A DNA stretch of 64,000 nt from Lachnospiraceae bacterium (GCA_045578545.1 JAZNKK010000078.1:6178-70177); one strand, 5' to 3'. Shown: positions 1-10,453, numbered from the stretch's first letter. Notes: generated by a model not told the origin, from the sequence alone. Translations and numbers: made by a program.

Positions 1-1347
1 ACCTTGGGAGTGGTCTTTCTTTTAAAAGCATTGAAGAACAATCAGAAAAGAGATTATGTGATTGCCGGGGTTTTTCTTGGTGTAAATGTATTGGTTCGTA
101 TTTCCAATGCGGTGGAAGTGCTGTTGATTCTTTTGGTTTGGTATGCTTGCCGAAAAAAGAAAGACGAGAAAGAGACGGAGACCAAAAAAACGTTGTGGAA
201 ATCCACCGGTTTATGTGTGCTGGGTTTTTTCATCGGTTTATTGGCCGCAGTACTGCTTATGTTACTGACAAGTGACAGCGAAGGGTTTGTGGGAATGCTC
301 CAGTGGATTCTTTCCTTGTTTACCGCCTCGGAGGATGCAGGAGGATACTCCTTTGGCGTGATGCTTTCGACTATTTTGGATAATTACTTTGGTAATCTGA
401 AGTGGTTTGGAATGATGGCGGCAGGAACACTTCTTGGTATTGGTGGATTTTCCTTGTGGAAGGGAAAATTCCTGTGGTTGAAAAAAATCGGTTATGTGGC
501 TTGCGTTGCTCTTTTGTTTGTGTATTTTTTCCGAAACGGTGTTTTTACCGCAGGATATTACAATGTAGGAAGCATTTACTGCCTTAGCGTGATGTTTTTT
601 TTGCTTTGTTTCGTGGTATTTGGTTATGCTATATGGAGGAAAGAGGTTTCCGCAGAAAAGAAAAATCTTGCCTTTGCCGGGCTTCTTCTTTTGCTTATTA
701 CACCGATAGGAAGTAACAATCATCTTTATACTTGTATTAATAATTTGTTCCTTCCGGCACCGATTTGCTTTTCCCTGGTGGGGGATATTTGGAAGAAGTA
801 TGGAAAAAGGGAAAGGCTGTTTCCTCTTAAGGCCATGGCTACCTGTTTTTTCCTTGTGTTTGCTTTGCAAAGCATGTTGTTTCATTTTTGTTTTGTATTT
901 CATGACGGAACAGAAGGAGAAAAAAGAGACACTACGCTTCAGGCAGAGTCTTTCATGGAGGGAATGCGGACCAATTCAGAACATGCCGCTTCCTTGGACG
1001 AACTGGTCCGGTTTATGGAAAATGGTGATGGCAGGAAAGTGATTTTGTATGGAAATATTCCGGGAGTCAGTTATCTTTTAAATCGGCAGACTGCCGTATC
1101 CACTGCGTGGCCGGATTTGGAAAGTTATGCCTTGGAAGATTGGCGAAACGAACTTGCCGAACCGGCGGAGGAGGAACTGCCTTATGTTATTTTATCGGCA
1201 GAACGACTGGAGAGAACGGAAGGTTTGACTACGGAAAATGAGGAGGCAGAGGAACTTAAGTTTGCAGCCCTTTGCGAATTTATGCAAGACTATCAGTATG
1301 AGATTATTTTTGAAAATAAGGAATTTGTGATTTGCTGCAGTGATTAG
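1..1347 (+). CDS. Polytopic membrane protein, probable GT-C-fold glycosyltransferase (5' truncated by the window edge)
   Basis: The frame is open from the window start. Many hydrophobic helices are followed by a soluble C-terminal domain (ILYGNIPGVSYLL...WPDLESY). It lies inside a glycan locus. Confidence 0.6.
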   Translation, partial: TLGVVFLLKALKNNQKRDYVIAGVFLGVNVLVRISNAVEVLLILLVWYACRKKKDEKETETKKTLWKSTGLCVLGFFIGLLAAVLLMLLTSDSEGFVGMLQWILSLFTASEDAGGYSFGVMLSTILDNYFGNLKWFGMMAAGTLLGIGGFSLWKGKFLWLKKIGYVACVALLFVYFFRNGVFTAGYYNVGSIYCLSVMFFLLCFVVFGYAIWRKEVSAEKKNLAFAGLLLLLITPIGSNNHLYTCINNLFLPAPICFSLVGDIWKKYGKRERLFPLKAMATCFFLVFALQSMLFHFCFVFHDGTEGEKRDTTLQAESFMEGMRTNSEHAASLDELVRFMENGDGRKVILYGNIPGVSYLLNRQTAVSTAWPDLESYALEDWRNELAEPAEEELPYVILSAERLERTEGLTTENEEAEELKFAALCEFMQDYQYEIIFENKEFVICCSD

Positions 1348-1357
1348 GAGGATGAAA

Positions 1358-2485
1358 ATGATCTGCTTTAATGTGCCCCCCTTTACCGGGAAAGAAATGG
1401 AATATATCGAGGATTGTATTAAGCAACAAAAAATATGTGGCGACGGCAGTTATACCAAAAAATGCAATCAATGGATGGAAGATAAAACCGGGACGAAAAA
1501 ATGCCTTCTTACCACGTCTTGTACCCATGCATTGGAAATGGCGGCTATTTTATCAAAGATTCAGCCAGGGGATGAAGTCATCATGCCCTCTTACACCTTT
1601 GTATCTACAGCGGATGCCTTTGTGCTTCGGGGAGCCAAGATTGTGTTTGTGGATATCCGTCCGGATACCATGAATATCAATGAAGAGTTGATTGAAGCGG
1701 CAATTACGGAGAAAACCAAAGCCATTGCCCCGGTACACTATGCAGGTGTGGCTTGCGAAATGGATAAAATTATGGCGCTTGCCGACAAATATCAGTTAAA
1801 AGTGATTGAGGATGCGGCTCAGGGGGTTATGGCTTCCTATAAAGGAAAAGCACTTGGAACCTTTGGCGACTTTGGCTGTTTTAGTTTTCATGAGACCAAG
1901 AATTACAGCATGGGAGAAGGCGGAGCCTTATTGATTCGTGAACAAGAATTTGTGGAAGAAGCAGAAATTATTCGGGAAAAGGGAACAGACCGAAGTAAGT
2001 TTAATCGCGGAGAAGTAGATAAATATACCTGGAGAAGTTATGGTTCGTCTTATCTTCCCAGTGATATGAATGCAGCGTATCTGTATGCACAGTTGGAGAT
2101 GGCAGATAAAATGAATGATGCCAGATTGAAAATATGGGAAACCTATTACGAAGAATTAAAGCCCTTGGCGCAGGAAGGGAAAATAGAGCTTCCCGTGGTG
2201 CCGAAACATTGTTCGCACAATGCCCACATGTTTTATATTAAAACAAAGGATGTTTCTAAGCGAAGCGAGCTGATTCAATTTATGAAAAAGCAGGAGATTC
2301 TTACGGTGTCGCATTATATTCCGCTTCACAGTGCACCGGCGGGACAAAAGTACGGTCGTTTTCACGGGGAAGATATTTATACCACAAAAGAAAGCGAAAG
2401 GCTTTTAAGATTGCCGTTGTATTACGGGCTTACAGAAAAACAAACGGAATATATCATTTCAAAAGTGAAGGAATTTTATCATTGA
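1358..2485 (+). CDS. wecE: dTDP-4-amino-4,6-dideoxygalactose transaminase (DegT/DnrJ family, PLP-dependent)
   Basis: MICFNVPPFTG N-terminus, TTSCTHALEMAA, IEDAAQG and FSFHETKN-GEGG match WecE/RffA. AGGAGG at 1346-1351 favours the ATG at 1358. Confidence 0.92.
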   Translation: MICFNVPPFTGKEMEYIEDCIKQQKICGDGSYTKKCNQWMEDKTGTKKCLLTTSCTHALEMAAILSKIQPGDEVIMPSYTFVSTADAFVLRGAKIVFVDIRPDTMNINEELIEAAITEKTKAIAPVHYAGVACEMDKIMALADKYQLKVIEDAAQGVMASYKGKALGTFGDFGCFSFHETKNYSMGEGGALLIREQEFVEEAEIIREKGTDRSKFNRGEVDKYTWRSYGSSYLPSDMNAAYLYAQLEMADKMNDARLKIWETYYEELKPLAQEGKIELPVVPKHCSHNAHMFYIKTKDVSKRSELIQFMKKQEILTVSHYIPLHSAPAGQKYGRFHGEDIYTTKESERLLRLPLYYGLTEKQTEYIISKVKEFYH

Positions 2486-4254
2486 AAGTGAAACAACAAA
2501 AAGGAATCCTGTCTTGGGGAGTTACAATTGCATTATTTGCGTTTCTGGCAATCTGCTTTGACATGCTTTATTGTCTGAATGATGATTTGATGATTCAAAG
2601 CATTTTGTCCGGAGCATACAGTGGCGTGCCCAGCAAAAACAGTGTGTATCTGGCATCGCCTCTGAGTGATTTGTTGTCCGGTTTCTATCAGGGAATGCCC
2701 AATATTCCCTGGCTGGGACTTTTTTTTGCGTTTTGCTATTTTGTATGCTTTGGTACGATTCTTTATCAAAGTATGATGTTAACCAAAACGAAAAAGGAAA
2801 TGTGGGTAACGGTAGTACTTTCGTTCCTTTTTTTCTTTGCGGTTTTGCTAGACGGATATTTGATGCTTCACTATACAGTGGTGGCAGCGGTTATGGGAGG
2901 AACCGGACTTTTTTTGCTTTTTACGGTTTCAGCGGAACCAATTAAGCTGGATATCTCCGGAAAAGAAGAGGAGAAAGAGAAAAAAAACAGAAATAAAGTT
3001 GTCATCTTAGCGGTGGTATTCCTTCTTTTTTGTTTTTTGATTCGAAGTAAGGTGTTTTACCTTATGTTGCCCTTTCTGGCAGTGACCGGTCTTTCCCTGC
3101 TTTTGGAACAAAACGGAAAAAAAGCAATGGAATTAGTAAGATCAATTCTCCCGGCGATACTTTTCTTTGGTTTTTGTTTTGCTGTGTTTTGGGGAATCGG
3201 ACAAGTTATGTACCAAAAGGGAGAATGGAAGTCCTATTCGGATTATAATGATGCGAGAACAGAAGTGTATGATTATGTGGGAATCCATCAGTCGAAGGAA
3301 GCGCTTTCTTACTATGAGAGTTTGGGTATCACAGAGGAAGAGATTGCTCTTTATCTTTCCTACAATGTTCTCTTGGAAGAAAACAATTCCACAGAGCGAA
3401 TGCAACAGTTGGCTTCCTATAAAGCGGAAGCTCAATCTTCGCCCATGGATAGGATAAAAGAGGCACTGATTACTTATAAAGCCAGAACTTTACAACTGCC
3501 AAATGATACCCCCTACCAGTACATTGCCCTTGTTTTGTACGGGATTGTGCCGGGAATCTGTATTCTAAAAAAAGAGTATCGTCAAATGATTCCGGTTTTC
3601 CTTTGCGGAGTATTTCGAAGTGTGCTCTGGATTTATTTGATTTATAACGGACGCTATCCGGAGCGGGTAACCATGTCCATATTTATCATGGAATTTGCGG
3701 TGCTTTTCGGAATCTTGATGCGAAGAATGCATTGTAAAAAAGAGAAGGAAGAAACGGTAGTTGTAAAAAACGTAGGGTTGTTGGTTCTTGTGATTTTGGC
3801 TTTGGTGTTCCTTTGGGGCGGAGCGGTTTCCGGGAAAAAGGCGATGGAAAAACAAGAACTTCAATTGGCAATAAATAGCCGGGAACAGGTAATTTACGAT
3901 TATATGGAAGCCCATCCGGAAGCTTTTTACCTTTTGGATGTTTATGCTACCGTAAATCGTACGGAGTATGCCCTGCGGGATTACCATGGGGGATATGAAA
4001 ATTATTTGCTTTTGGGAGGCTGGATGACGGAAAGTCCGTTAACAAAAGCGAAACTGGAACGGGAAGGGTATGCGAACGCGATGGAAGCCTTTACCTTGGG
4101 AGAGAATGTTTATCTTGTGGTAAAGAGAGGAACCGGAAGGACAATCGAAGTGCTGTGTGACCGATACCAATGGGAAGCGGAACGTTTGTTACTCATAGAG
4201 GAAGTAGAAGCACAGGATGTGATTTTTGAAATCTATTCTTTTGTAAAGGAATAA
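2482..4254 (+). CDS. Polytopic membrane protein, putative GT-C glycosyltransferase
   Basis: TM1 is followed by an acidic first loop (LNDDLMIQ), then roughly 11-13 TM segments, a large loop and a C-terminal extracellular domain. It sits among WecE, a GNAT and an ArnC-like GT2. Confidence 0.6.
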   Translation: MKVKQQKGILSWGVTIALFAFLAICFDMLYCLNDDLMIQSILSGAYSGVPSKNSVYLASPLSDLLSGFYQGMPNIPWLGLFFAFCYFVCFGTILYQSMMLTKTKKEMWVTVVLSFLFFFAVLLDGYLMLHYTVVAAVMGGTGLFLLFTVSAEPIKLDISGKEEEKEKKNRNKVVILAVVFLLFCFLIRSKVFYLMLPFLAVTGLSLLLEQNGKKAMELVRSILPAILFFGFCFAVFWGIGQVMYQKGEWKSYSDYNDARTEVYDYVGIHQSKEALSYYESLGITEEEIALYLSYNVLLEENNSTERMQQLASYKAEAQSSPMDRIKEALITYKARTLQLPNDTPYQYIALVLYGIVPGICILKKEYRQMIPVFLCGVFRSVLWIYLIYNGRYPERVTMSIFIMEFAVLFGILMRRMHCKKEKEETVVVKNVGLLVLVILALVFLWGGAVSGKKAMEKQELQLAINSREQVIYDYMEAHPEAFYLLDVYATVNRTEYALRDYHGGYENYLLLGGWMTESPLTKAKLEREGYANAMEAFTLGENVYLVVKRGTGRTIEVLCDRYQWEAERLLLIEEVEAQDVIFEIYSFVKE

Positions 4255-4276
4255 GGAAAAGAGGAGTCTAAAGGGA

Positions 4277-4786
4277 ATGTCACGAGAAAAAGTTGTCTTG
4301 CTAAGAAGGATGACAAGGGAAGATACGGAGAAAATAATTCGATGGCGAAACAGTGAAGCCGTAAGGAAACAGTTTTTGTTTCGTAAGCCTCTGACGGCAG
4401 CCATGCATACAGAATGGATAGAAACCAAAGTAGAAAAAGGCTTGGTGGAACAATTTATTATTGTTTTGCCCTATGAAAACAAAGAAATCGGCAGTGTGTA
4501 TTTTCGGGACATCGACCGGGAAAAAGGCAGGGCGGAATTTGGGATTTTTATCGGAGAGGAAAAGGAAAGCGGGAAAGGCTACGGCTCGAAAGCCATGGAA
4601 TTGGCTCTTTTGTATGCGAAAGAGCAAATGAAAATAAAAGAGGTTTTGCTTCGGGTATTGAAGGAGAACCAAAATGCAATTCGAGTCTATGAAAAAAACG
4701 GTTTTTGTGTTATAAAGGATAGAGAAGAAATTGTAGAATTGGACGGCGAAAAGAGAACCGTAATCTTTATGGAACGTCGTTTCTAG
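4277..4786 (+). CDS. GNAT N-acetyltransferase (PseH/RimL-like), probable nucleotide-amino-sugar acetyltransferase
   Basis: IIRWRNSEAVR, AEFGIFIGE, acetyl-CoA motif SGKGYGS and NQNAIRVYEKNGF. It is near wecE. Confidence 0.8.
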   Translation: MSREKVVLLRRMTREDTEKIIRWRNSEAVRKQFLFRKPLTAAMHTEWIETKVEKGLVEQFIIVLPYENKEIGSVYFRDIDREKGRAEFGIFIGEEKESGKGYGSKAMELALLYAKEQMKIKEVLLRVLKENQNAIRVYEKNGFCVIKDREEIVELDGEKRTVIFMERRF

Positions 4787-4807
4787 ATAGGATATCGGAG
4801 GATAGAA

Positions 4808-5761
4808 GTGAAGAAAGTAAGTTATGTGATTCCGTGTTATCGTTCGGCAAAGACGGTGGAAGTTGTGGTAAAGGACATTCAGACCACCATGGAAGCGGAA
4901 AAAACATATGAATATGAAATTATTTTGGTAAATGACTGCTCTCCGGATGATACCTGGCAGGTCATCGAAGAGATATGCCGGGGAAATAGTATGGTTACCG
5001 GAATCAATTTTGCCAGAAATTACGGACAACATTCTGCTTTAATGGCGGGAATCCGTCAGGCCAAAGGAGATGTGGTTGTCTGTTTGGACGATGATGGTCA
5101 AACGCCGCCCCAGGAGGCTCCGAAGCTACTTCGGGCATTGGAAGAGGGAGCGGATGTGGCTTATGCCCGTTATGAAAAAAAGAAACATTCCTTGTTTCGA
5201 AATTTTGGCAGTTACTTAAATGAAGAAATGGCCAGATTTATGTTGGACAAGCCAAAGGAACTTACGGTGTCCAGTTATTTTGCGGTAAAGCGCCATATCG
5301 TAAATGATATGATACGATATGAAAATGCGTACCCTTATGTGATTGGCTTGGTGCTTCGGGCAACCAGAAATATCGTGAATGTGGATGTGACCCACAGAAG
5401 CCGCGAAGTGGGAACTTCCGGTTATACGTTTCGTAAACTGTTGGGACTTTGGATGAACGGGTTTACTTCGTTTTCCGTGAAACCGCTTCGAATTGCCACA
5501 TGCCTTGGAGGAATCATCGCCTTGGCGGGCTTTATTTACGGAATCGTGGTGGTAATTCAAAAATTTGTCCTTCCGGACCGAGTATTGGGATTTTCTTCGC
5601 TCATGGCAGCCGTAGTATTTCTGGGCGGGACCATTATGATTATGTTAGGACTCATCGGGGAATATGTGGGAAGAATCTATATTTGTATGAACAATTATCC
5701 CCAGTATGTGATCAAGGAAATTGCCGGTGGAAGTGACGTGGAGGAAACCCTAAAAGACTAG
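4808..5761 (+). CDS. GT2 polyprenol-phosphate glycosyltransferase, ArnC/GtrB-like
   Basis: VNDCSPD, RNYGQHSALMAG, LDDDGQTPP, FSVKPLR and two C-terminal TM helices ending GLIGEYVGRIY. GTG start with a GGAGG RBS. Confidence 0.88.
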   Translation: MKKVSYVIPCYRSAKTVEVVVKDIQTTMEAEKTYEYEIILVNDCSPDDTWQVIEEICRGNSMVTGINFARNYGQHSALMAGIRQAKGDVVVCLDDDGQTPPQEAPKLLRALEEGADVAYARYEKKKHSLFRNFGSYLNEEMARFMLDKPKELTVSSYFAVKRHIVNDMIRYENAYPYVIGLVLRATRNIVNVDVTHRSREVGTSGYTFRKLLGLWMNGFTSFSVKPLRIATCLGGIIALAGFIYGIVVVIQKFVLPDRVLGFSSLMAAVVFLGGTIMIMLGLIGEYVGRIYICMNNYPQYVIKEIAGGSDVEETLKD

Positions 5762-5882
5762 AAACCGAAAAAGATTCCAAAAGGATAAAAGAATGGGAAG
5801 CATAAGGCGAACAAAGAATGCATGCAGATAATAAAACGTAAAACAGAAACAAAGAATCAAATTCAATGAGGGAGGAGTCAAA

Positions 5883-6593
5883 ATGCTGACAAAAGAAAAC
5901 ATTAAATTATCCGTTATTATTCCTTGCTACAACGAAGCAGAAACTTTGGAAACCGTAATTGATAAGGTGAGAGACTGCGGACTGAGTACGGAAATCGTGT
6001 TAGTGGACGATTATTCCACCGACGGGACCAGGGAACTGATTAAGGAAAAACTCCATAAAAAAGTAGATAAGGTGTTGTTCCACAAAAAGAATCAGGGAAA
6101 GGGAGCTGCCCTTCGTCACGGATTTTCTGTGGCAACCGGGGATGTAGTGATTGTTCAGGATGCGGACTTGGAATACGACCCCAAGGATTTTGTGAAATTA
6201 GTGGAACCTTTTGTCAGTGGTGCCATGGATGCGGACGTTGTTTACGGTTCCCGTTATGCCAGAGGAACCAAATACCGTGTAGAGAGTTTTTATCATTCCC
6301 TCGGAAATAAAATGTTAACGCTTCTTTCCAACATCTGCAGTGACCTTTCTTTGACGGATATGGAAACCTGCTACAAGATGTTTAAAAGAGAAGTCATTCA
6401 GTCTATCGAAATCAAAGAAAACCGCTTTGGTTTTGAACCGGAAGTGACGGCGAAAATTGCAAAGAAGAAATGTAAAATTTATGAGATTCCCATTGCATAT
6501 TATCCCAGAACGTTTGAACAGGGGAAGAAAATCGGAATCAAAGATGCGGTTCGTGCTTTTTACTGCATCGTGAAATATAATTTTTTTGACTAA
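5883..6593 (+). CDS. GT2 DPM1-like polyprenol-monophosphate sugar synthase
   Basis: SVIIPCYNE, VDDYSTDGT, NQGKGAAL, QDADLEYDP, TDMETCYK, FGFEPEVT, GKKIGIKD. Confidence 0.88.
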   Translation: MLTKENIKLSVIIPCYNEAETLETVIDKVRDCGLSTEIVLVDDYSTDGTRELIKEKLHKKVDKVLFHKKNQGKGAALRHGFSVATGDVVIVQDADLEYDPKDFVKLVEPFVSGAMDADVVYGSRYARGTKYRVESFYHSLGNKMLTLLSNICSDLSLTDMETCYKMFKREVIQSIEIKENRFGFEPEVTAKIAKKKCKIYEIPIAYYPRTFEQGKKIGIKDAVRAFYCIVKYNFFD

Positions 6594-6614
6594 CGAACCC
6601 GGAGAGGCGAAAAA

Positions 6615-7401
6615 ATGCAACAGGGGAAAACAGAGAAATTATTATATCAAATTCCACGGATGGTTTGTTTGGTTCAAATGATAATCGCGGCTGTATGGAT
6701 TGCTTTGTGTGGCGTGAAAAAGGCAGTAAGTAATCCTGCGGTTTTAGAAATGGCGGCAGAGAACCGGACAGAAGTGGTGAGTGAATATACGGGATTCTTA
6801 TATCCCGTATTTTTGCGTTTCTTTCCTTGTTGATAAAAATGGTAGAAGCGGCAAAACAACAATCAAAAAAGTATCCGGGTTTTCTTCTGTTAGGACTGAT
6901 TTATCGAAAGAACAGTGAGGACATTAAGGAAATTGTTCCGTTTTCATTGGCTCATGAGGTTCGAAATCACAGAGGAGAATTTGGAAGTCGCCTTACGAAA
7001 GTTATGGAAATGGCAGGCTGGGCAATTTATTTTTTATTATATTTATGCAATTTTTCTCGGGGGGATTTGCATTATTTTTAGGAAACAGGCAAAGAAAGCA
7101 GAAAGTCTGTAAGGAAGACCGAAACGGGAAGCCTTTGGTGGAAAAGAAAGACGGACAGAACGCAAAGCATACGTTAATCGCGTGGATAATTGTTTGTGCG
7201 GTTTGGAATGCAATATTTCAGATGCGGTATTTTGACTATATTGCAGTATTACCGGTGCTGCTGGGATGGATGAGCTTATGGAATGATTGGGAACTTTCGA
7301 AAGCGGTATCAGATTCGGAAGAAACTGCATGGAAGCTTGGGGAAAAGGCAGCACGATCCGAAGCAACGGACAATTGCAAAGAAACCGTGGGTGGTATATA
7401 A
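6615..7401 (+). pseudogene. Fragmented membrane protein gene (possible GT-C), broken by frameshifts
   Basis: A GGAGAGG RBS precedes the ATG at 6615. Overlapping hydrophobic ORF pieces lie in different frames (6615-6833, 6827-7081, 6915-7112, 7045-7401). The N-terminal piece has EYTGFLYPVFL, resembling REPVYPLFL of 37222-38610. Confidence 0.55.
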
Positions 7402-7454
7402 TAGAAACAATAAAATGGTGAGATTATGGTCCTTTTTATGGATGGAGAAAGAAT

Positions 7455-9050
7455 ATGAATTGGATGGATACAATAAAAGAAAAAATTAGAAATCCGGAAT
7501 TTTATCGATACATCGCAGCTGTGGTGTTCTTTTTCGTTTCTATTTATGCCGGAATTGATTTTATGAATGCAGGGAACAGTTATGAGCAGGCGATGGCATT
7601 TCGTTTGTTTTGTATCGGCTTCGGGCTTTTGGTAATTACAATGATGGATGTTAAGCAGTGGCTTACCATTTGGACGATTTTGTACTTTCCGCTGTGTTAT
7701 CTGGGAACCCATTATGCTTATGAGTACCATTGGATTGCAGATACTTGTGAATACCAGTTTGTAGATGTGATTCGAATGGGAAAATTGGTTATTTTGATAT
7801 GGGGAATTGTGCTGATTGCAATTGTACGGGACATCATAAAAAACAATTCCTGGAAGAACTGGAGCAAGCTTCAAAAAGTACTTTCAAGCCTTTGGATTGT
7901 ATTTGTTGTTTTGCTTACTCTGTTTAAACGAGATTATTTTTACGCTACTTTTTTTGTGCTGGGATATACTTCCTTTTATTTTGTGAACCAAAAGAAAGAC
8001 AGAAGCAGTGTGATTTGGCAGGCACTTTTGGATGCCATGTTTTTGTCTTTTTTCTATGTGACTTACAAAATGCTGATGCATAGGCCTTACGATTGTGAGC
8101 GGTACATGGCTTATTTTTCCAATTCCAATATGGCAGGAATGTACCTGGCTTGTGCCATTGTGACAATCTATATCAAATTGGAGCAATGGTGGAAATCCGG
8201 AAAAACTTTGGCAAAAAAACTGGTGCCCTTGATTTTTTATTATTTGTTGATTGGATTTGCGGTTTGTGTGGCAATCTTTAATTATACAAGAACTACGATT
8301 CTGGGACTTTTGTTTGCTTTCTTTGTACTGTTTGTTATGCAGTTGAAAAAAGAGAAAAAAGGACAGGTATTCGCCCGATATCTTTTGATTTTGGTGTCGG
8401 CGGCAAGTTTGTTTTACGGTACCTACGCCCTGATTCGTTACGTTCCCGCATATATGGATCGTCCGACCTATTTTTCGGGAGAATATAATCCGGAGACCAG
8501 AATTATGCAGGGAGATCCGGTGGACTCGCCTAAGTATACTTCTTTAGAAAGCTTTTTAACGTTGGCTCTTGGAAAATGGGGAATTTATGTAGATTTTTCG
8601 GAGGAAGCGAAGGAAAACGATACGGAAGTGGTAATTGATACGGAAAGAGATGTGACCAACGGAAGAACGGATATTTGGAAAACGTATTTGGCAAAAACCA
8701 ATCTGACGGGGCATTATCCCGGGCACATTGTGATGGAGAGCGGGTATTTTTGTTATCATGCCCACAGCACCTATTTCCACGTGCTTTATCAGTACGGAAT
8801 CTTTACCGGAATCGTATATACACTTATGGTGTTTGTTTCTTTCGGATACGCTGTGGTTGGCTACTGGAAGGAAAAAGAGAATGCGGAAAGATTTTTGTTC
8901 CCGGTTTTGATTATTGGTCTTTGTCTTGTGGGACAAGTAACCGAATGGATGGGGCATCCGGCCTATGTTATTTGTATGATGCTCATGATGGCATACGGAA
9001 TGCTGTTACAGGAAAAAGGAAAAAGCAATAAGGAGAACGAAGAACGTTAA
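7455..9050 (+). CDS. O-antigen ligase / O-oligosaccharyltransferase family membrane protein (Wzy_C domain)
   Basis: About 12 TM segments with FSNSNMAG, YTRTTILG, a large loop, NGRTDIWK and HAHSTYFHVLYQYG, the conserved Arg/His pattern of WaaL-type ligases. Confidence 0.78.
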   Translation: MNWMDTIKEKIRNPEFYRYIAAVVFFFVSIYAGIDFMNAGNSYEQAMAFRLFCIGFGLLVITMMDVKQWLTIWTILYFPLCYLGTHYAYEYHWIADTCEYQFVDVIRMGKLVILIWGIVLIAIVRDIIKNNSWKNWSKLQKVLSSLWIVFVVLLTLFKRDYFYATFFVLGYTSFYFVNQKKDRSSVIWQALLDAMFLSFFYVTYKMLMHRPYDCERYMAYFSNSNMAGMYLACAIVTIYIKLEQWWKSGKTLAKKLVPLIFYYLLIGFAVCVAIFNYTRTTILGLLFAFFVLFVMQLKKEKKGQVFARYLLILVSAASLFYGTYALIRYVPAYMDRPTYFSGEYNPETRIMQGDPVDSPKYTSLESFLTLALGKWGIYVDFSEEAKENDTEVVIDTERDVTNGRTDIWKTYLAKTNLTGHYPGHIVMESGYFCYHAHSTYFHVLYQYGIFTGIVYTLMVFVSFGYAVVGYWKEKENAERFLFPVLIIGLCLVGQVTEWMGHPAYVICMMLMMAYGMLLQEKGKSNKENEER

Positions 9051-10453
9051 TGAAAGACAAAAGTTTCGAACAATATAAAAGAATATTTAAGTTCAGCGAA
9101 ATATTGCTTACCTTGGATGTTATGTGCGGAATGTTTGGGTTTGTGTGGTATTCCTATTTAAACAAGCTGAATGAGAAACCCTTTACCGGCTCCGGTAACC
9201 TGATGGAAATTGGGGTATATGTTATTGCAACCTTGATTTTGATTCATATTTTTGGCGGATTTGAAATTGGTTTCTATACGGCGCTGAATGCTATTTTGTC
9301 TCAGGTGCTGGCGATGTTTTGCGTCAACTTTTTTATGGGAATACAGATTGTCTTAACCATCAGTTCCATTTATACGGTGGATGAAATCGTGTTGGCATTA
9401 CTGATTTTGCAATTGGCACAACTGATAGCGTCCATTGTGCTGGTGCAGCTGTTTGACAAATTATATGTGTGCCTATTCCCGGCATGGAACATGCTTTTAA
9501 TCTATGAGAACGAATCCGTACGGATGTTTATGGATAAGGTGAACACCCGAAAAGATAAATATGTAATCGGAGAAATGATACATGTCAGAGAAGGATTTGA
9601 CGCAATCTGTGAAAAAATAAAGCAACACGATTCTATTTTGGTGTATGATGTTTCCTCGAATCTTCGTAATGATATTATCAAATTTTGCTACGGGGAAGGA
9701 GTACGAGTATATCAAACGCCGAAGATTTCGGATATCCTGATTCGAAGTGCCAGAGAGCATCATTTGTTTGACTCGCCCCTTTTAATGTCAAATAACATCG
9801 GTCTTTCCTTTGAACAAAAAGTAATGAAACGTTTTATTGATTTGGTGGTTTCCTTTGTGATGCTGGTGGTAACTTCACCTATCATGCTGATTACGGCAAT
9901 TTGCATCAAATTAGAGGACAAAGGTCCTGTCTTTTTTGTGCAGGAAAGAATCACTTTAAATGACAGACCGTTTATGATATACAAATTCCGAAGCATGATT
10001 GTAGATGCGGAAGCAGACGGGAAAGCCAGACCGGCAACCGAGAACGATGACCGAATTACCAAGGTGGGTAAATTTATCCGAAAAACCCGAATCGATGAAT
10101 TGCCTCAGCTTTACAATGTGCTGAAGGGAGATATGAGTTTGGTGGGCCCGAGACCGGAGCGAGTGGAACATGTAAAAAAATACACCCAGTCCATTCCGGA
10201 ATTTAAGTACCGAACCAAGGTAAAGGGCGGACTAACCGGTTATGCACAGGTATACGGCAAGTACAATACCACCGCGTATGATAAAATTAAGTTGGATTTG
10301 ATGTATATTGAAAATTATTCCTTAGCATTGGATTTTCGTATTGTAATTATGACGGTGAAAGTGTTGTTTATGAAATCCAGTACGGAAGGATTTTCAAAAG
10401 AAACACAGCCGGTAGAACCGTTGCAACCGGTGCAGGAGGATAACAATGACTGA
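9050..10453 (+). CDS. Initiating polyprenyl-phosphate sugar-1-phosphate transferase (WcaJ/CpsE-like)
   Basis: Four N-terminal TMs, then KRFID, KFRSM, RIDELPQL, GDMSLVGPRPER and GLTGYAQV. Confidence 0.92.
   Translation: MKDKSFEQYKRIFKFSEILLTLDVMCGMFGFVWYSYLNKLNEKPFTGSGNLMEIGVYVIATLILIHIFGGFEIGFYTALNAILSQVLAMFCVNFFMGIQIVLTISSIYTVDEIVLALLILQLAQLIASIVLVQLFDKLYVCLFPAWNMLLIYENESVRMFMDKVNTRKDKYVIGEMIHVREGFDAICEKIKQHDSILVYDVSSNLRNDIIKFCYGEGVRVYQTPKISDILIRSAREHHLFDSPLLMSNNIGLSFEQKVMKRFIDLVVSFVMLVVTSPIMLITAICIKLEDKGPVFFVQERITLNDRPFMIYKFRSMIVDAEADGKARPATENDDRITKVGKFIRKTRIDELPQLYNVLKGDMSLVGPRPERVEHVKKYTQSIPEFKYRTKVKGGLTGYAQVYGKYNTTAYDKIKLDLMYIENYSLALDFRIVIMTVKVLFMKSSTEGFSKETQPVEPLQPVQEDNND

Noticed and set aside
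1358-2485. wecE as evidence of an enterobacterial origin or an ECA cluster
   Set aside because: The other wec genes (wecA, wecF, wzxE, wzzE) are absent, and its codon style and RBS match the surrounding Firmicute-like genes.
5787-5857. Three AAAGAAT words in the A-rich spacer before 5883
   Set aside because: They are short, low in complexity and expected by chance in a purine-rich spacer.
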